Assembly (NCBI GenBank): GCA_004022145.1
Contig: RCNU01000014.1
Reading direction: 5' to 3' (one strand)
Length of the DNA stretch: 64,000 bases
DNA from: Paecilomyces variotii
Taxonomy: Eukaryota
Part shown: positions 16,321 to 30,380 of the stretch, in pieces
How positions within the stretch are numbered: the first letter of the stretch is position 1
How the letters are laid out: the number at the start of each line of letters is the position of its first letter
Notes under the pieces: model-generated
The model's input: only the letters and a program-made list of their open reading frames with translations
Databases searched by the model: none
Told to the model about the DNA's origin: nothing
Position numbers and translations under genes: made by a program

Positions 16321-17291
16321 CGTGGCTGTTGTTCTCGTCGTTGCGCGTGTGAAACAGTGAGAGAGAGACAGAGCGGGGAGACAACAGCGGGGTCTCCGAC
16401 AATTTTACGCGGTTGTGCACGGGCCACTTTGGTGGTTGCGCAAAAGGATTTGGACTTTTGTAAAATGATCTTTGTTGATAAGGCTCAATGAGATGAGTTA
16501 TGCACTATTATGATTAACTAACTAGATAGCCTTGATTGTTATTATGATCTACACATTGTTAAATCTGTTCACTGACGCGAAAATCGAACCCCTGCGTGTA
16601 TCTCCCTCCTTGTCACGCTTTTCTCTCGGCATATCAGTGGCTTCATTGAGGGAACTATTGCCCCACCACCTAGGAACTGAAGACCACAGGTAGACTAATA
16701 CTAATCTGAAGTCAGCCCTACAATCTCCCAATGATTTCAAGAAAATCCTGCTATAGGGTGCGACGAGGTTCCTGGCATTTTGTCTATACTACTCCGTCGA
16801 TCTCCAGTCTCCACTCCTCATTGTTAGAGAAGAAACAGTGAAGGAGGTAGTTGAACACATAATCCTCGACATTAGCTATCTTTTGCCAGCTAACCAGTTA
16901 ACAAGCATATGGTTGTATGATTAATGAGCAAATATATCACGGTTGGCATGTATAGTCCACTTTCAACTCGTCGTTCAATAAATTCATTTTCGGTTTAGCA
17001 TGGACGGCTAGGCTCAAAACCTTATCGGGAATAGTGTATCCTAAAGATGTGCTTTTCAGATCGAATTTATTTGCTTCTAGATCTATACGTTCGGAATAAG
17101 AGGATTTTTTTGTGTCAATATGCAACACCTATGTCCCGGGCTGTTTGGGCGTTGGCATCAATCATTGTGTTAGGATCTGAGACCACGCAAAGCAAGATAC
17201 ATAAAAAAAAGCATTTGATACGGGAATATGATCTTGATTGCTTGAACAACTAGAGGATACCGAGATATACCGAATATTTATGCTCCACGAC

Positions 17292-17481
17292 TTCATCCTG
17301 ATTGATTACTGCCTGGAACACTGCCTCCGCCACTATATCTGCGCATTTCCTACTTCCGGCGTGTCTGCTGTGATTTTATACAGGTGGAAATAGGTAGCTT
17401 GATGTTTCTTGTTATACACCCTTTATATAGGATAGTAGTGGCATTTTGCAGCTCACCTCCAATAAAGCAGTTGGACGCCGA
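17292..17481. repeat. Diverged ~190-bp direct repeat, copy 1
   Basis: Shares colinear blocks TTCATCCTGATT, CACTGCCTCCGCCA, ATCTGCGCATTTCC, TTCCGGCGTGTCTGCT, GTGGAAATAG, TTTTGCAGCTC and TCCAATAAAGCAGTTGG with 23118-23310. Confidence 0.85.
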
Positions 17482-20400
17482 CACATTGTATATGTATGGG
17501 TAGTCGGAGAAAGAAAGCTTCAATAAACCCTATCCTGAGCCTTTCAAATAGAGAGTGTCATATAACTCCATTGCTTGAAAGCGAGTTATATAGCTCAAAT
17601 CTATGCAAACCCAATAAGATTTCTAGAAATGGTACTACCTCAAAAACAAGTCCATTACGGGACTGGCCATCCTATATCGTCGCCGTAGCGGTACGAGGAA
17701 TGCCGCTCATCTCTGAGACTCTGGGTGTGAATAATTCTAGTGCGAACACAACTGGCTTATCAGGACCTCTCAATAGGTCCGAATCTCATCTTGTCAAACA
17801 ATAGGATCATTCACTTCGGACGGTTTACCCCCGAAAACGAAGCCCGGCCACGTTTATATAAGCCCGATCGTGTAATGAAAAGAACTCGCCTCAGGCAGAC
17901 AAGGCATAAACCGAACAGTAGCACGTGCAGAATGATCTAGATAAGATTGACGCAACCGCGTGACCTTCGTGTGGTAATTGAGTTTAAAGCTTATCTTCCT
18001 CTTGGACCTAATTCATCGATTGGTTTATCTGATCTGGTCCAAAGTGCCGGGACTGCTGGGTTGACGTATTGTTTTTTGAGGGATGGAGAACTATATCGTT
18101 GGCCGGAGGGTCTGGGAGCTCGATATGCGAATACTGGCCGTGTGCAATATGTCAGATTCAGGTAAGTGAGGTATTTACCAACTGGCCCCTATGGTTGCTC
18201 CCAGTAGATAATTATCCCGTCACATCCGCAGCGAAATCATCTGAACATGTTAGTTAGTAGCCCTCGAACCTTCTATAGCAGCAGCCAACGATCATAAATT
18301 TCTCAAGGGCTGTAGGATCTGTTCAGTAGCGGCCGACATTTCGAGATAGAGTAACAAGACTAGTTCTTGTTCATTCATCTATGGATAATACCTGGAGACC
18401 TGGGTCCTTTGTATAGTCTACCAAAATACAAAGAAAGTCCATATCCCAACACTAGCAAAGAGCTTATTGAGGTACTTGGCAGAAATAATAATAATAAAGA
18501 AAAAAAAAAATAGGGCCTTGGGGCTAAAAAAGAAAATAATCCAGGAAATGGTGCTAAAGAAAGTTCAATATATAGTATCTTAAAAGTATCAATTTCCCCT
18601 TGCATCCTGGGCCACAGGGATACATTATGCAAAGGCAGGCGTGCGACTACCGTACAGAACTGTAACTACAAATAACGGTTAATCCTATTCTCGATTATAG
18701 CCACGGACTTTAAACTAAAGACCACGGATGACGCAAATGTCGGTATACCATAGGCGAGCGCTGATTCTGTGATTCCAACCGAGTATTTAACTTATTTAAC
18801 TTACAATCTCATTGCTCTGACTCAGCTGTGCAAGCTTCCAAGCCTGCCATGAAGCTTGGATCATGTGTACATTTTTTTCCCGACCAAATAGGGTATAGAG
18901 TGCACTGCACGTAAGGGGGAATTTGGAGGAACGAACTGGAATCCCATTATTGATACTCACTTAAGCCCAAGACAAATATCTCTTGCCAGCGAACTCAATA
19001 TCTGCGAGGTGCCCGAAGAGGCTCAAGCTATGAGCCATGATGTCTATGGTCGGCGAGGTAAGGAGGGATCAACATCATGTAAGTTAAGTAGCGATTTTAG
19101 CCTTCTTGGGTCGTATCACTATGGGCACGGACACGACGGACGGCGATCTGCCGTTCATGGCCGTACCTATGCGGCGCCTCACAGTGAGGAGCGATCATAA
19201 TAATATTCCCGGCCAAACAATAATAATATGCATCACTTGTCCGTCTCGAGTACTGCAAATAGTTACTGCATGGAGTATGGAGCTTGCTAGGTAATTACCG
19301 GATGTACTAAGTACCTCTAAGTAGCTGTTGCCGGTTGATGCCGGAGGAGGAGGGATGGCCTGATCAGATCGAGTCGAGCAGCTCGAGTATTATTACCTTT
19401 TTTTCCCGTCACGAGGGCGAAAAGGTCTGGCGGAAGAGTCTAGAATTGGAGGCCATGTTCGAATAAAGTTGGGTGGGTATTGTTAGCATTCTTTAGCATC
19501 GCAAAAGGTCTTCCAGCCTTGTTTGTCCACTTTTAACCGAAAGGACAACGTTAAACGGGCTGCTGCCCCGCCTCACCCAAGCGAGAGCTGCACTGTTGTT
19601 TGGGCATCGAGATAGAACGGACAGTGGGTTTAACGACTGTGCTGCAACCCCTCTCGACCGTAACCCATGCTACTGTACGGAGTATTAGTTGTTTTTCCAA
19701 CTTATGCGAGACCTGGAGAGCGCCCATACGCCTAGCGGCGACCTGGTCTGTCAACCCTCGCAGCTCCAGGGGTCGAAAACAAGAGAAGATCTTGCAGTTT
19801 CAGGATTACCAGTAGTACTCCGTAGACACTCCGTACTCGAGCTCAGGTGCAGGTGGATCCCGTCCTCATCACACTGTGATGATCACAGTAGTCTAGCATT
19901 ACCATATTCAGGAAGAGTTCAGAAGACGGCCTGCACCGCACATGAATTGAGATAGACACTGACGGCCAGTGAGGATGTTGAGCGTGCGCTGAGGCCCCAT
20001 CGAGCAGACAAGGCTGGTTCTGTAATGCCACCTCGGAACATAGCGGCAACGAGGACGAATAATTAATACGTACTAGTTATTATTGTTGAAAGCCAAAGCT
20101 GTGAAGCTTCAAGACTGGTAGTCTGGTAGGGCCCTTCGGATGGCGCCGGTGGACACCCCAGAACTCAATCCTGACGTCCACTCTGCGACCCGAGCCGAAG
20201 GAAGACCGACAGATGTCATCACCAGTGACTTTTCCCTGGAAGAATTATCTCGCCCAGCTGGTTGTGTTATTGTTCTCGTTCCAAATTGAGAAGAAGAAGA
20301 CGGCCTTTCGTTGTAAAGAAGACCGAAACAGACGGATCGGCAAACGTGCAGGACAATCTTGCCGGTCGCTCTGCTGTGGTAAAAGAACACGGCAGGTTAG

Positions 20401-21613
20401 ATAGGTCCGGGATCGCTGCATCGCGTCCATCGTCTGATGGTAGCTAGCGTTTGGATGATCAGTCACGGACGCTTTCCATCTATTTGGTAATAGGGAGATC
20501 AAAGGGAGCGAAGGGCGGAGAGATGGCTCACATGCAGGATGCTAAACAACCTTAGCTAGGGGCAGTAACTCGTTTAGGACTACCGCGTTGGCCCAGGATC
20601 AATTGAACAGGAAAGATAGTCCTACTAGAAGCAGATGGTATAGCTATCCAAGTGTGTAGTAGTATTGTGCCTGTTGTTTCGTCCCGCGGGAAGCCGGTCG
20701 AGACGTCGTTGGACGGACAGCGTCATGGCCGAGTCACGCAACGAGAAGTTCTTCGATTCGTCTCGAGAATGCTCGCAATTTCTCCAGGATCATTATCAAA
20801 TCCGAATCTACCGGCTGATTCAGAAAGCCGTTGGGCTTGACTTCTCCACCGCGGCATTGTCCAACAGACCGTGTGGATGGTCGGGAGCACCGCACGTCAC
20901 GCTTCTTGTCCATGGCTGCCGCTGCGTCTGGATATCAGTCGATCCTGATCTTCATTTGTAAGCGATACGGTCAGGATAACTAACCAACTAACTATCTAGC
21001 GTCTCTGGACTAGAAGTCTGTTTGGCTGAGCTCAACTACCTGCACTGGGAGCTGTACGCACGGGATATGCTGCTTTCTCGGATTGGCATCTCCCTCCGAC
21101 TGTAAATCTCGGCGGTTCATCGTGACTCCAATCAGATGGACTGTCAATATCAATTGCTAGAGTCAAAGACCAATCCCTTGCGCTGTGGCTGTATGAATGC
21201 ATTATGACGCATCTGGGGAAGACGCTGGCTAGTTGGCTCGGGCGTTGCTATTCCACCACTTTCTCTCGAGCCATGGAGACGGTCACGAACGAAACGAACT
21301 ATACTCTGACTGGAGATAAACCGGGATCCCGGATGCGTCGGACCGGCCTGTCGACATCACAGGTGTGATGTGGATGTGATTCCTGTCCAGGGTCGCCAGC
21401 AGGCCGTTCGTGGTATAAAGGTCTGGTTGTGGTCTGCCCACGGAGTTTCGTCCTTTTCGACATCGACCAGCAGACAGCTTCAGCCTTACAAGACTCGGAG
21501 GCCTTTTGAAGAGAGCAGCCGCTTCCACCAACCAGCTTCCACTCACACGACAACTCTTCGACAATTCCTCGAAGCTTGACAACACAGACCAGTCAACTCG
21601 ACCGCTAGACACC

Positions 21614-22332
21614 ATGGGGCTCTCACTCGGACTGACACGACCCTTGTTGCTGCTCACCCGCGTGCTGCAATGGAGCAGTGCAGTCATCGTCATGGGTATC
21701 ACCTCGTACTTCATCAACATCGGTCCTCGTGGTGAGCACATCATCTACCAGGAAGTCATTGTATGTATCCTCTCTATCCACTCCAACGAGACAGCCTTTC
21801 TAATAAAGGGGCTTTGCTAACTCAAACACGCTGTAGTCGACTATGTCTGTTGCTTTCTTCCTGCCAGCCTTCATCTCACCGTTTATGCCCAATGTCCTGA
21901 GCAAGTTCGTCCTGGCCATTGATATCATCTTCTCTTACTTGTATGTGGTCCTCCAACCTCCTTTTTCAAACCCAACTGCGGGAATCTAAAAGCCAGTGCT
22001 AACAACTCATCTGATAGGTGGTTGACTGCATTCATCTTCGCTGCTCAGGATTATAACTGGCGCGACTGCAGAACCCACGCTCCTCCTGGCAGGGGTAGCT
22101 GCTCCAAGAAGAAGGCTAACGAGTCTTTCATCTTCCTCGCTTTGTAAGTTTGCTCCTTTTGCCATTGCTACTAGTCGAATCTAACATTTTACATAGCTTC
22201 TTCACCTTCGTGGGCATCTTCCTTGAGGTCTCTGCTCTGTGGGCCGCACGCAACTCGACCTCTCCTGTTCACGAGAAGAACAATGGCGCGGCTGAGACTC
22301 GTGCCGCCGATGCTCCTGCCGCCACGGCTTAA
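21614..22332 (+). CDS. MARVEL-domain 4-TM membrane protein
   Basis: 4 exons (21614-21760, ~21837-21940, ~22018-22143, ~22197-22332). TRVLQWSSAVIVMGITSYF, IDIIFSYLWLTAFIFAAQDY and CSKKKANESFIFLAFFF fit the fungal MARVEL pattern. Confidence 0.88.
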
Positions 22333-23117
22333 AAATTTCCACTGGCCAGCCGCTAGACCAAGTGTCTAGCCATCGCTAGTCCCTTACTTCCCTGGCATGA
22401 CAAAAACAAGCACGCAGCGCGTGAGTGATCGATCTTTCGAGACCTCTCACCACCCAGGGAAGCCTGACGACGATCGACTAAACGGTTCATTCTATTTTAT
22501 GTGGCATGTTCTTTAATGTGGCACGTGCGATATGATGATACGAAAAGAGGAGTGGCTTGATTTTAAGGCTAGTCCTTTAAATCTGCTTCGTTGCGATATA
22601 AGGTCTGTGGAGAGACATTCCCCAGTTTCCCGCACCTTATTCCGACTACTTCCTCAACTCTCCCTCTAATGCTCCCGCTAATATACCTTAATGTCTTAAT
22701 CACCGTCACCATCACACCCATCCTGTTTTAATAATACCTTTTTGATACCTTGTGATGTTTCTATACCACAGCTGGCAACGTGATTCTACGCGCATTTGTT
22801 TAGTTATGTTGATCTGCTAAAAGTACATCAATGTAATTAGACGCAGTCATTCATTGGATAGTGTAAATAATATACGCTTGTTAATAGAATTACCATACTC
22901 CTCTATCCATCCAAAATCCGCTTTGTTTGTTAGGAAGTTTCTCGAACCCTTTTAGGACATGCTCATACTTACATCATCCACGACGTGACGTCATGACGGG
23001 GGTCTAGAACACCATCACGGAAGCAGGATAGGAAGAGAAAGTTATGTACCATATGATACGGGGAAATAATCCCGATTGCTACCAAATTCACTGACTACTT
23101 ACACGATACTATAGGAG

Positions 23118-23310
23118 TTCATCCTGATTAATTATGCCTGGGGCACTGCCTCCGCCAATTATTATCTGCGCATTTCCGGTTCCGGCGTGTCTGCTTTAAT
23201 CCGAAATAAGTGGAAATAGTTGGCTGGTGCTGATTATTCTATACCCTCCGTATAGGGTATTATTAGTGGCGTTTTGCAGCTCGTCTTCCAATAAAGCAGT
23301 TGGGCGCCGA
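23118..23310. repeat. Diverged ~190-bp direct repeat, copy 2
   Basis: Colinear with 17292-17481, same orientation. Confidence 0.85.
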
Positions 23311-23921
23311 TATATGCGAGGGGGGAGATAAGAGACAGACTCAACAACTTGGGATAAAACGAACTGACACAGGACATGAAGCGATACTATTAATGCAGGA
23401 AGTCTAAAATTTTGAAAGAAAAATATAATAACCGGGCACATTGTGTGATGTGGGGGAGCTTGGGTTTAAATAAACAATATTCTCGATAATAGGATTATAG
23501 TTAAAGCCAGCATCCACCTCAGAAGAGTCGACGCGACGCTTCTGTAGTATTACTTCGCGGAGTCTATTGTTGGTTACAAAAATATGATTCAAACCACTAA
23601 AGAACGTATCAGACGCTCTATTTCATGAAGCCAGATTTCTATATAAATCTAAGGGTATAATGATGCGCTATATCCCATTCCATTGATGTAAGAAATACAA
23701 AACGCCACATGATGCAACTAAAATGTGATCCATGATCGTGATATCGTACGGTATGGTATGTGCTCTCGCATATCGTGTATAGTTTTATCCATAGTTGTCT
23801 TGTAGCCGGTGCATCATCGGTAGGTGAGGCAGGAATCAATTTGCAAAATCGAAATTTATCAACAGCAAAGGTTGAGCCAAGCAGGGGAGCGGAAGATCAA
23901 AGACAGCCCTCGTCTCAATTC

Positions 23922-26900
23922 TCAGATACTCGCTCTCCGCGGTGCCATCGTCCTCCGCAGTTTCTTTTTCTCTTCAGTCTCCTCTGGGACGGGTAAACCG
24001 CCTTCATTCTTCAGCCGCTCCAGGTACTCTTTTCCATAGGCGTAGCCAACCTGGTAGATCTCGTCGAATTTACCGAACTCCAGCGTTCCGTACCGGTCGA
24101 TCGGAGGACGGATATAAATACAGCCAGGTGTGGTCTTAGCACGCTCGAGATTGTCGATTGAAGAAACGTATGCCAGCCGAGCCTGGATCTCAGAAAGTGT
24201 GGGCGGATTAGGGGCTGTCGAAAAAGGGTTCCAGCGGTTAATCAAGGCCCAGAAGCCCGAAAGTGAATCTCCATACGTCTGCGGAGTGTTATCATCGATC
24301 GATCCGACATCGATAGCGAAAATAACATCTGCACCAAGACCTTTCATGTGGGCGACAGTCAAGTTGTCGATGTAGCCGCCATCAAGAAGCATGCTCCCCT
24401 CGTCACACAGCGGTGGTAAAAGACCGGCCAGGGACATGGAGGCACGAACATACCGCCACACGTATCCCGAGGAATGATACTCTGCACGAGATTTGCTGAT
24501 ATTGGTCGTATTGCAGTAAAATTCCAGCCAGAAGTCCTCGATTTGGCTATCGCCAAAAGTTTTGAATATCCCTCGGTTAAATTCATGTCCTGTGGTGTAC
24601 GAGACAGACGGGTAGGTAAGATCGAGCGCAAATCGCCAGATACTACCCATACGTCCAGAGAATTTCTTGGCACGACCGTACATTGGCACAACATCGGCAT
24701 CTCTGGCATATAATGCACCGATGAACGATCCAATAGAAGTACCGCCAATAATATCAATGGGTATTCCGGCTTCTTCGAGTGCTTTGATCACTCCAACCTG
24801 TGATATGCCTCTTGCTCCTCCACCTCCCAGGACGAGACCAACAGATTTTCCGCACAGGCGACGGGCAAGTCTATGGAAGTCACCTTTGAAAGGTGTTTGA
24901 GCGGAGTACAGAGGTGTCTGGCGGATACGTCTTGAGGTGTACTTCTGGATTTCAGCCTGGAGTACCTGCACTCTCTGCTTCAGAACGGTACCGAAGCGCT
25001 TGGTTTGAGGATGCGCAGGCTCAGCAGTAAGGCGGAAAGCCATCTGGATATGGTGATGACCGCCATTGATCCACATTCGATTCTTTAGCCATTGGCGAGT
25101 GAGACCTGGAGGGCAGTACCGTTCCACGTGTAGGAGAACAAGCTCCTTCCGTGCCGTGGTCTTCATTCCCAGTAAGAACCGCTCATATTCTCCAATACTC
25201 GGTGATCCCTCTGCTAGGCCAACTAGCAGAATGCAATCGGCTTGCGTGATACACGTCTGGGTCCAGGGTGCATTGACGTTGGTATCTGCAATATACAGAA
25301 CCATGCCATATTTTTCCTCGAGGTCGGCAAGGTATTGGGAGAGCTTGAGTTTTCCCATCTTACTGAAAGCATGGCGGCCTAGGTGGTTCAGAATAGCTGC
25401 TTGGTTCAGAGATGTCACCCCATTACTGACGCCGATCTGGTGCAATGCATTAAGCAGCCGGTTACCAAATTCAACGACGGGGACACCTGCTGTGACGGGG
25501 AGGATGGCCACTGTTCGTAGATTGACAGTAGAGGTGGCAGTCTTGACACCGCCGGCACTTGCTGGCTCGGAAGCCGCTTCAGACAGCGGATCATCCACGA
25601 GATCGCGCATTCTCGAAGCAATAAGCTTCGATATCTGGATAGTGATTCCAGGATGTTCTTGCGCAAGGCTATTGAAGAGTGACCTCGGGAACTTGGCGAG
25701 TTCCGTATCTCGGATGGCATGTAATGTAGCAGGCCGGGTAGACTCCGTCATAACCTCGAGCTCTCCAACACTCTCTCCCTGACCATACTCACCGAGAACC
25801 CGCATCTTGCCATCAGGCTTCTCCAACACAGAGCGAAGACGACCATTCAATACGATATAGATGGCATCACTCTCGTCTCCTTGGTGATGAATGACTTGAC
25901 CAGCGTTGACCTGCACCCACTCGAGGGCAAAGTCGATATGGAGGATCAAACGCGGAAGCAGGCTGGTCAGCCTCTTGGCCAGAGTCAAGAGTACTATCGG
26001 ATATCTCTCGGCCACTCTCTCTAAAGATGCCCGCGGCAGGAAACCCACGTAGACATCCGTTTTGGCGACTACATCCGTGAATGACCGATAGGATGCGACT
26101 GCGCCGATGTATCCTTCCATCCCACCAGGCTTGACCATGTAGAGAGACTTGCGTGACTGCTTCTTCTTTCTTGGGTCAGCGGTCCCAGAAACCCCTGAAG
26201 AGGCAGTCGCTGTCCGCCTAAGGGGCGGGAACATATCCTCGCGCACTTGGTGTTTGCTTGGCCTTGTGGCCCCGACAAGATCCTCGCCTTTCTCGTTTAC
26301 CGGTACTCCGACGTCCAAGAAGCCGTCAATGACATAATACAAACCTGGGTTGCGCTCCCCTTGCTCTACCAAGACTGAGCCTTGCGGGAAATATACGATC
26401 TCGATATCATGCCTCAGTTCCTCCTTGAGATTCATGATAGGAGAGGTGCCGCCTGCGCTGGTAACGGACATTGACATCATCGACTCCGTGTCGCCATCTC
26501 CGAACCCTTCGTACGGGTCGATGAATCCAAAAGCATTGTTGAAGACAGCTTTCTGCCGTCTTGAATCATAGGAGACCAATCTCGGGGACGCCTCGCCAGA
26601 ATTATGGCCCTTTCGTAGTGCCTCGCGTGTGCTACCAGTCAAGCCGATGCCTTTCATCATGCAATCGAGGATGGACTCCCGGAAGATAGTGTCTTCGTCC
26701 ACGGTCTCGGTCATGCGGAAAGGCGAATTATGGGACTGTAGAGTCGCAGCATGAAAGGGCGAGGTCTCGCGTTGAGACAGGGGCGTCTGGATATTATCCG
26801 CATAGAGAGAGGCGGGCCCCTTTCCCGGTGATCTCGCAGTAAACTGCTCGTATTTCGGGCCATAACGGGATTGCTGGATAGTAGAAAGGAGATCTCCCGG

Positions 26901-28598
26901 GCTCACTCCGTTCTGCTCTGACCCCTGGATACTCGGTTCGAGCGACAAAGAACCAGGACGCTTAGAAGCTGCTAACCTGGCATGCAGGGCTGCCTCTTTT
27001 CTCAGCGAGCTGCTTGACCGGCGCCTCCTCCCAGCGGAGGGGTTGTGGAGAGCTAGTCCCTTGGTGCCTTCTTCCACGCCTAGGCGATCTCTTTCCTTGG
27101 CGAACTTGTCCTTGAGCCGCTCCAGAGCCGCTCCGCGCAGGTCATTAGGCAGGTCAAATGCTGTGAATTTATGCATTTGGCGTTCAATGCTGAGAACTTC
27201 GCTCGTCAGACCTAAGTAAGAATGCGCCGTCGAAAATGTAACTCTCTGCAAACGGGTCAGAATGACCTGCACAATATGAGCGGTGGCCCTGGGGTAAACC
27301 CTAGTCAATCTCCGGAAAGCGCTCGCCGGTATAATCGCAATCGTGGTGTCGACCATGGCTCGCGCAACAATATCAGGGTGGGCAGATTTTCTCTTCTTCG
27401 GCCTGGTGGGCTTTCTTTGTGGTGTTACCGGATGAGCATGTAACCCATGGCTATCTTCCAAGTTCAATGGAGGCACAGAAGGCAGAGAATCCCTATTACC
27501 CTGCAGATGAGTGGCGGAATCTGCACGATCTCCAATAATAGGCTTGGGACTCCCCAGGAGAGGTCCGGGGCTTGTTGGCAGCGACTCCGGAACACGTGCA
27601 CTGTCCGGCGCGAGGCTAGATGCGCTGGAAGCCGCGCTCTCAGACTGACGCAGGTTGATATCCTCTGTGAAAAGCGACAGAATGGAGAAGAGCGATGACA
27701 TTGATGCTCCATTCTTGACCTCCGTCAACAGCTGGTATCCCTGATGACCCTCCCGATGTTGCCGTTCGTCATCGGACGAGTCATCATCTGTCCTATTTGA
27801 CTCACTGGACGTGGAACCGGCCTGTCCATCGCGGATAGACTTCACGAATATCTGGACGAGACCATCCACCACCAGGCAAAACCCCTTCTCTTCTTCCAGC
27901 AGCAATGTCTCTCCCGCAATCAGCTTCCTGGTCTGCATTGTTCGCGTCAATTCGTGAAAGACCGGTCGTTCGAGGTACCCGAAGACCTTGATTGCACTGA
28001 GGAACTCGTCGAGATAGTTGGCCAGGCCGGGCTTGGAATCTCCATCCTGGGTGTCTGGAAACAGGTCGATCTGAGGTTCTTTCCGCTGGGGTTCCGGGGG
28101 GAGGCGGCTGTACATATTGAGGAACCGGTAACGAATGAACCAGCTGATCGTCGAGATCAGGGCCAGAAGGATGAGGAGCAGCGTGGTGAAGTTCATGGTG
28201 AAGGTCAAGCTCATTGAGAAGAGCGTGAACAGCCACGTCGGCAGGGTGATGGTGGTGAAGGTGATCACCCAGTATAGGAGACTGGGAATGGCATGAAAGA
28301 AGAAGAGAACGAAGCGTGCCACGGCGCCCGCCATCACGACGGGTGCTGAATGCGAAGGGAGCGGGGTTGAAATATCAGGGACTGAGGAGGAGAGCACGGT
28401 GGGACAACCGGAGGAGGTCAGGGTCAGGCTCGGTTGCGCCGTTACCGCGACAGAGGAGAGGCTCTCAGCGAGCAGAGACGCTGCAGAGACATTGGCAGTG
28501 GTGCTGCTGCTACCATTGAAGACGGTAGAGTTAGAGGAACTGCTGGAGGTTGCGTCCGGCGACTGGGATGCAGGGTAAGCTCCATCGTCGGCGGCCAT
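23922..28598 (-). CDS. NTE1: Lysophospholipase NTE1 (neuropathy target esterase homolog)
   Basis: Intronless ~1558-aa ORF from the ATG at 28598. N-terminal TM segment, cNMP-binding domains, patatin motifs GGGARG, GTSIG and DGGY. Confidence 0.96.
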   Translation of the reverse strand: MAADDGAYPASQSPDATSSSSSNSTVFNGSSSTTANVSAASLLAESLSSVAVTAQPSLTLTSSGCPTVLSSSVPDISTPLPSHSAPVVMAGAVARFVLFFFHAIPSLLYWVITFTTITLPTWLFTLFSMSLTFTMNFTTLLLILLALISTISWFIRYRFLNMYSRLPPEPQRKEPQIDLFPDTQDGDSKPGLANYLDEFLSAIKVFGYLERPVFHELTRTMQTRKLIAGETLLLEEEKGFCLVVDGLVQIFVKSIRDGQAGSTSSESNRTDDDSSDDERQHREGHQGYQLLTEVKNGASMSSLFSILSLFTEDINLRQSESAASSASSLAPDSARVPESLPTSPGPLLGSPKPIIGDRADSATHLQGNRDSLPSVPPLNLEDSHGLHAHPVTPQRKPTRPKKRKSAHPDIVARAMVDTTIAIIPASAFRRLTRVYPRATAHIVQVILTRLQRVTFSTAHSYLGLTSEVLSIERQMHKFTAFDLPNDLRGAALERLKDKFAKERDRLGVEEGTKGLALHNPSAGRRRRSSSSLRKEAALHARLAASKRPGSLSLEPSIQGSEQNGVSPGDLLSTIQQSRYGPKYEQFTARSPGKGPASLYADNIQTPLSQRETSPFHAATLQSHNSPFRMTETVDEDTIFRESILDCMMKGIGLTGSTREALRKGHNSGEASPRLVSYDSRRQKAVFNNAFGFIDPYEGFGDGDTESMMSMSVTSAGGTSPIMNLKEELRHDIEIVYFPQGSVLVEQGERNPGLYYVIDGFLDVGVPVNEKGEDLVGATRPSKHQVREDMFPPLRRTATASSGVSGTADPRKKKQSRKSLYMVKPGGMEGYIGAVASYRSFTDVVAKTDVYVGFLPRASLERVAERYPIVLLTLAKRLTSLLPRLILHIDFALEWVQVNAGQVIHHQGDESDAIYIVLNGRLRSVLEKPDGKMRVLGEYGQGESVGELEVMTESTRPATLHAIRDTELAKFPRSLFNSLAQEHPGITIQISKLIASRMRDLVDDPLSEAASEPASAGGVKTATSTVNLRTVAILPVTAGVPVVEFGNRLLNALHQIGVSNGVTSLNQAAILNHLGRHAFSKMGKLKLSQYLADLEEKYGMVLYIADTNVNAPWTQTCITQADCILLVGLAEGSPSIGEYERFLLGMKTTARKELVLLHVERYCPPGLTRQWLKNRMWINGGHHHIQMAFRLTAEPAHPQTKRFGTVLKQRVQVLQAEIQKYTSRRIRQTPLYSAQTPFKGDFHRLARRLCGKSVGLVLGGGGARGISQVGVIKALEEAGIPIDIIGGTSIGSFIGALYARDADVVPMYGRAKKFSGRMGSIWRFALDLTYPSVSYTTGHEFNRGIFKTFGDSQIEDFWLEFYCNTTNISKSRAEYHSSGYVWRYVRASMSLAGLLPPLCDEGSMLLDGGYIDNLTVAHMKGLGADVIFAIDVGSIDDNTPQTYGDSLSGFWALINRWNPFSTAPNPPTLSEIQARLAYVSSIDNLERAKTTPGCIYIRPPIDRYGTLEFGKFDEIYQVGYAYGKEYLERLKNEGGLPVPEETEEKKKLRRTMAPRRASI

Positions 28599-30380
28599 GG
28601 TCACGGAGCGTTGGACGCAGGCACCGCTAAGGAACCAAAGCGAAGAGCCCCGAAGCGCCCAGTCAGAATGGCGAGATAGCGTCCTATGCCCAAACTGGGT
28701 CTGCGGGGAGCATCGTGAGGCCTTGAGAGGAGCTGTGTTGGTGCTGCGTGAGTGGAAACGGTGGAATTGACAACGTGCGGGCGGCCGGCGACCCTGCTGG
28801 TTGTTTGGTTCTATCTTATTGGGTCAGCTGGCGGCGGGTAGTTGATCCCTAAGGATATCCGTTGCGCTAAAGAATCATCACACAGCGTCTGCTGGCGTTG
28901 GTGTTATTTTATTTTTACCATATGGTAGATGATGGTCAGATCGTCGTGGACAATGTACGCTTCCTGACTGGTCGTGGTCGATCTCTCAGGCCGCGTTCCT
29001 CGTCAGATTCTCAAAGACTCACGAGATGGAGTCACGGTGCAAAAAGCGGAGGGGAAGGGAAAAGACGCCAAGAGTAGGGTGGACGCCTCGATCCACGGTT
29101 AGAAGCACCAAATGTTGGAAGTGGCTCCTATAGAAAGAGAAAGAACAACAGAATGGAAAAGAAGAAAAGAAGAAAAGAGGAAAATTTTTTTCTGTATGTA
29201 AATATATATACAGATTACAGTATGATCGCACATTCTGACCACATATCGCACAGTGCGGGAATCAATTTGATCTGATGAAGTTCACTACTGAAGTAAACTC
29301 GCGAATATCCCCAGTGCCTATGATAACATCTACATAGTTACTACTAGTTTTTGTATCGATCTACGGACTTGGACGTGTCTACATTGTATGTGCTGTATGC
29401 AATACATACATAAATTAGTTATTATTGACGAGCCATTGATTGTCACTAATGTAATCTTTTACTTTTAAAATTTCCTCAAGCATTAAATAGATCACTGGTG
29501 GCTGGACCTTTTTACTAGTAACTTTCTATCGGTTATATCTATTCTGCAGAATGAGCCAGGCGCCGGAATAACCCGATCATGGCTGCATGTAGAGTGAAGT
29601 TGGTGTTTTGTATCGATTTATTAGGGACGACCTTCTCGATTTTTTGAACCACTGGTTCTAATTTTTGAGGTCTTTTCAACGAGGGTAAAACCATAGCATC
29701 TTGTGAAACAATTGCGGTGGCAGGTAATGCAAAGTGGAGGACGGCTCAGAGGGTCATAGTGAGACAATAGATATAGATATATATTTTGCACTGTATGCCG
29801 AACCAATTCTGGTTCAACGCATTTTACGACAGGCTATTCGGAAAGGAGTTCAAGTCAAAAAAACAAAGAAACCAAACCACAATCATCGATTGAGAAGGTC
29901 TAACATTTGCAATCTATTAGTCTTGCTAATTGTATCTAGTGGTTAATTATCTTTCGATGCGCGGACCTAGTCACATCGGTACCGCCAAGATCTCGTAAGG
30001 ACAACAACGCGAATATGCCTATAGGAGGACTGATATCATGTAGTTAACTAGTAATGGATTCGAACAGAATATCTTCGTCTGATTAATTAATCACTAATTA
30101 ACAACGAGGGCTCTGGGACGGCAAGTCTGTTGTTCTTCTCCGCCAACTACCTCAAGTATCAACATCGAGCATAGCCTCGGATGTGGCCCGAGCTTCCACA
30201 TGGCAGCTACACAGGACAAGATGGCCGTTTGATCCCCCGGTGTTGTTTCAGCCAATGCTCCCTTTCTCTAGCACTCGCTATCAATTCCACTCTTTACTTC
30301 TTATCGTTCTGCATATTGCATCCTTGCTCCTTGTATTTACGGCTCTTTTGACAGCGCTGACGCAGAGCGCCACCGAGGTG

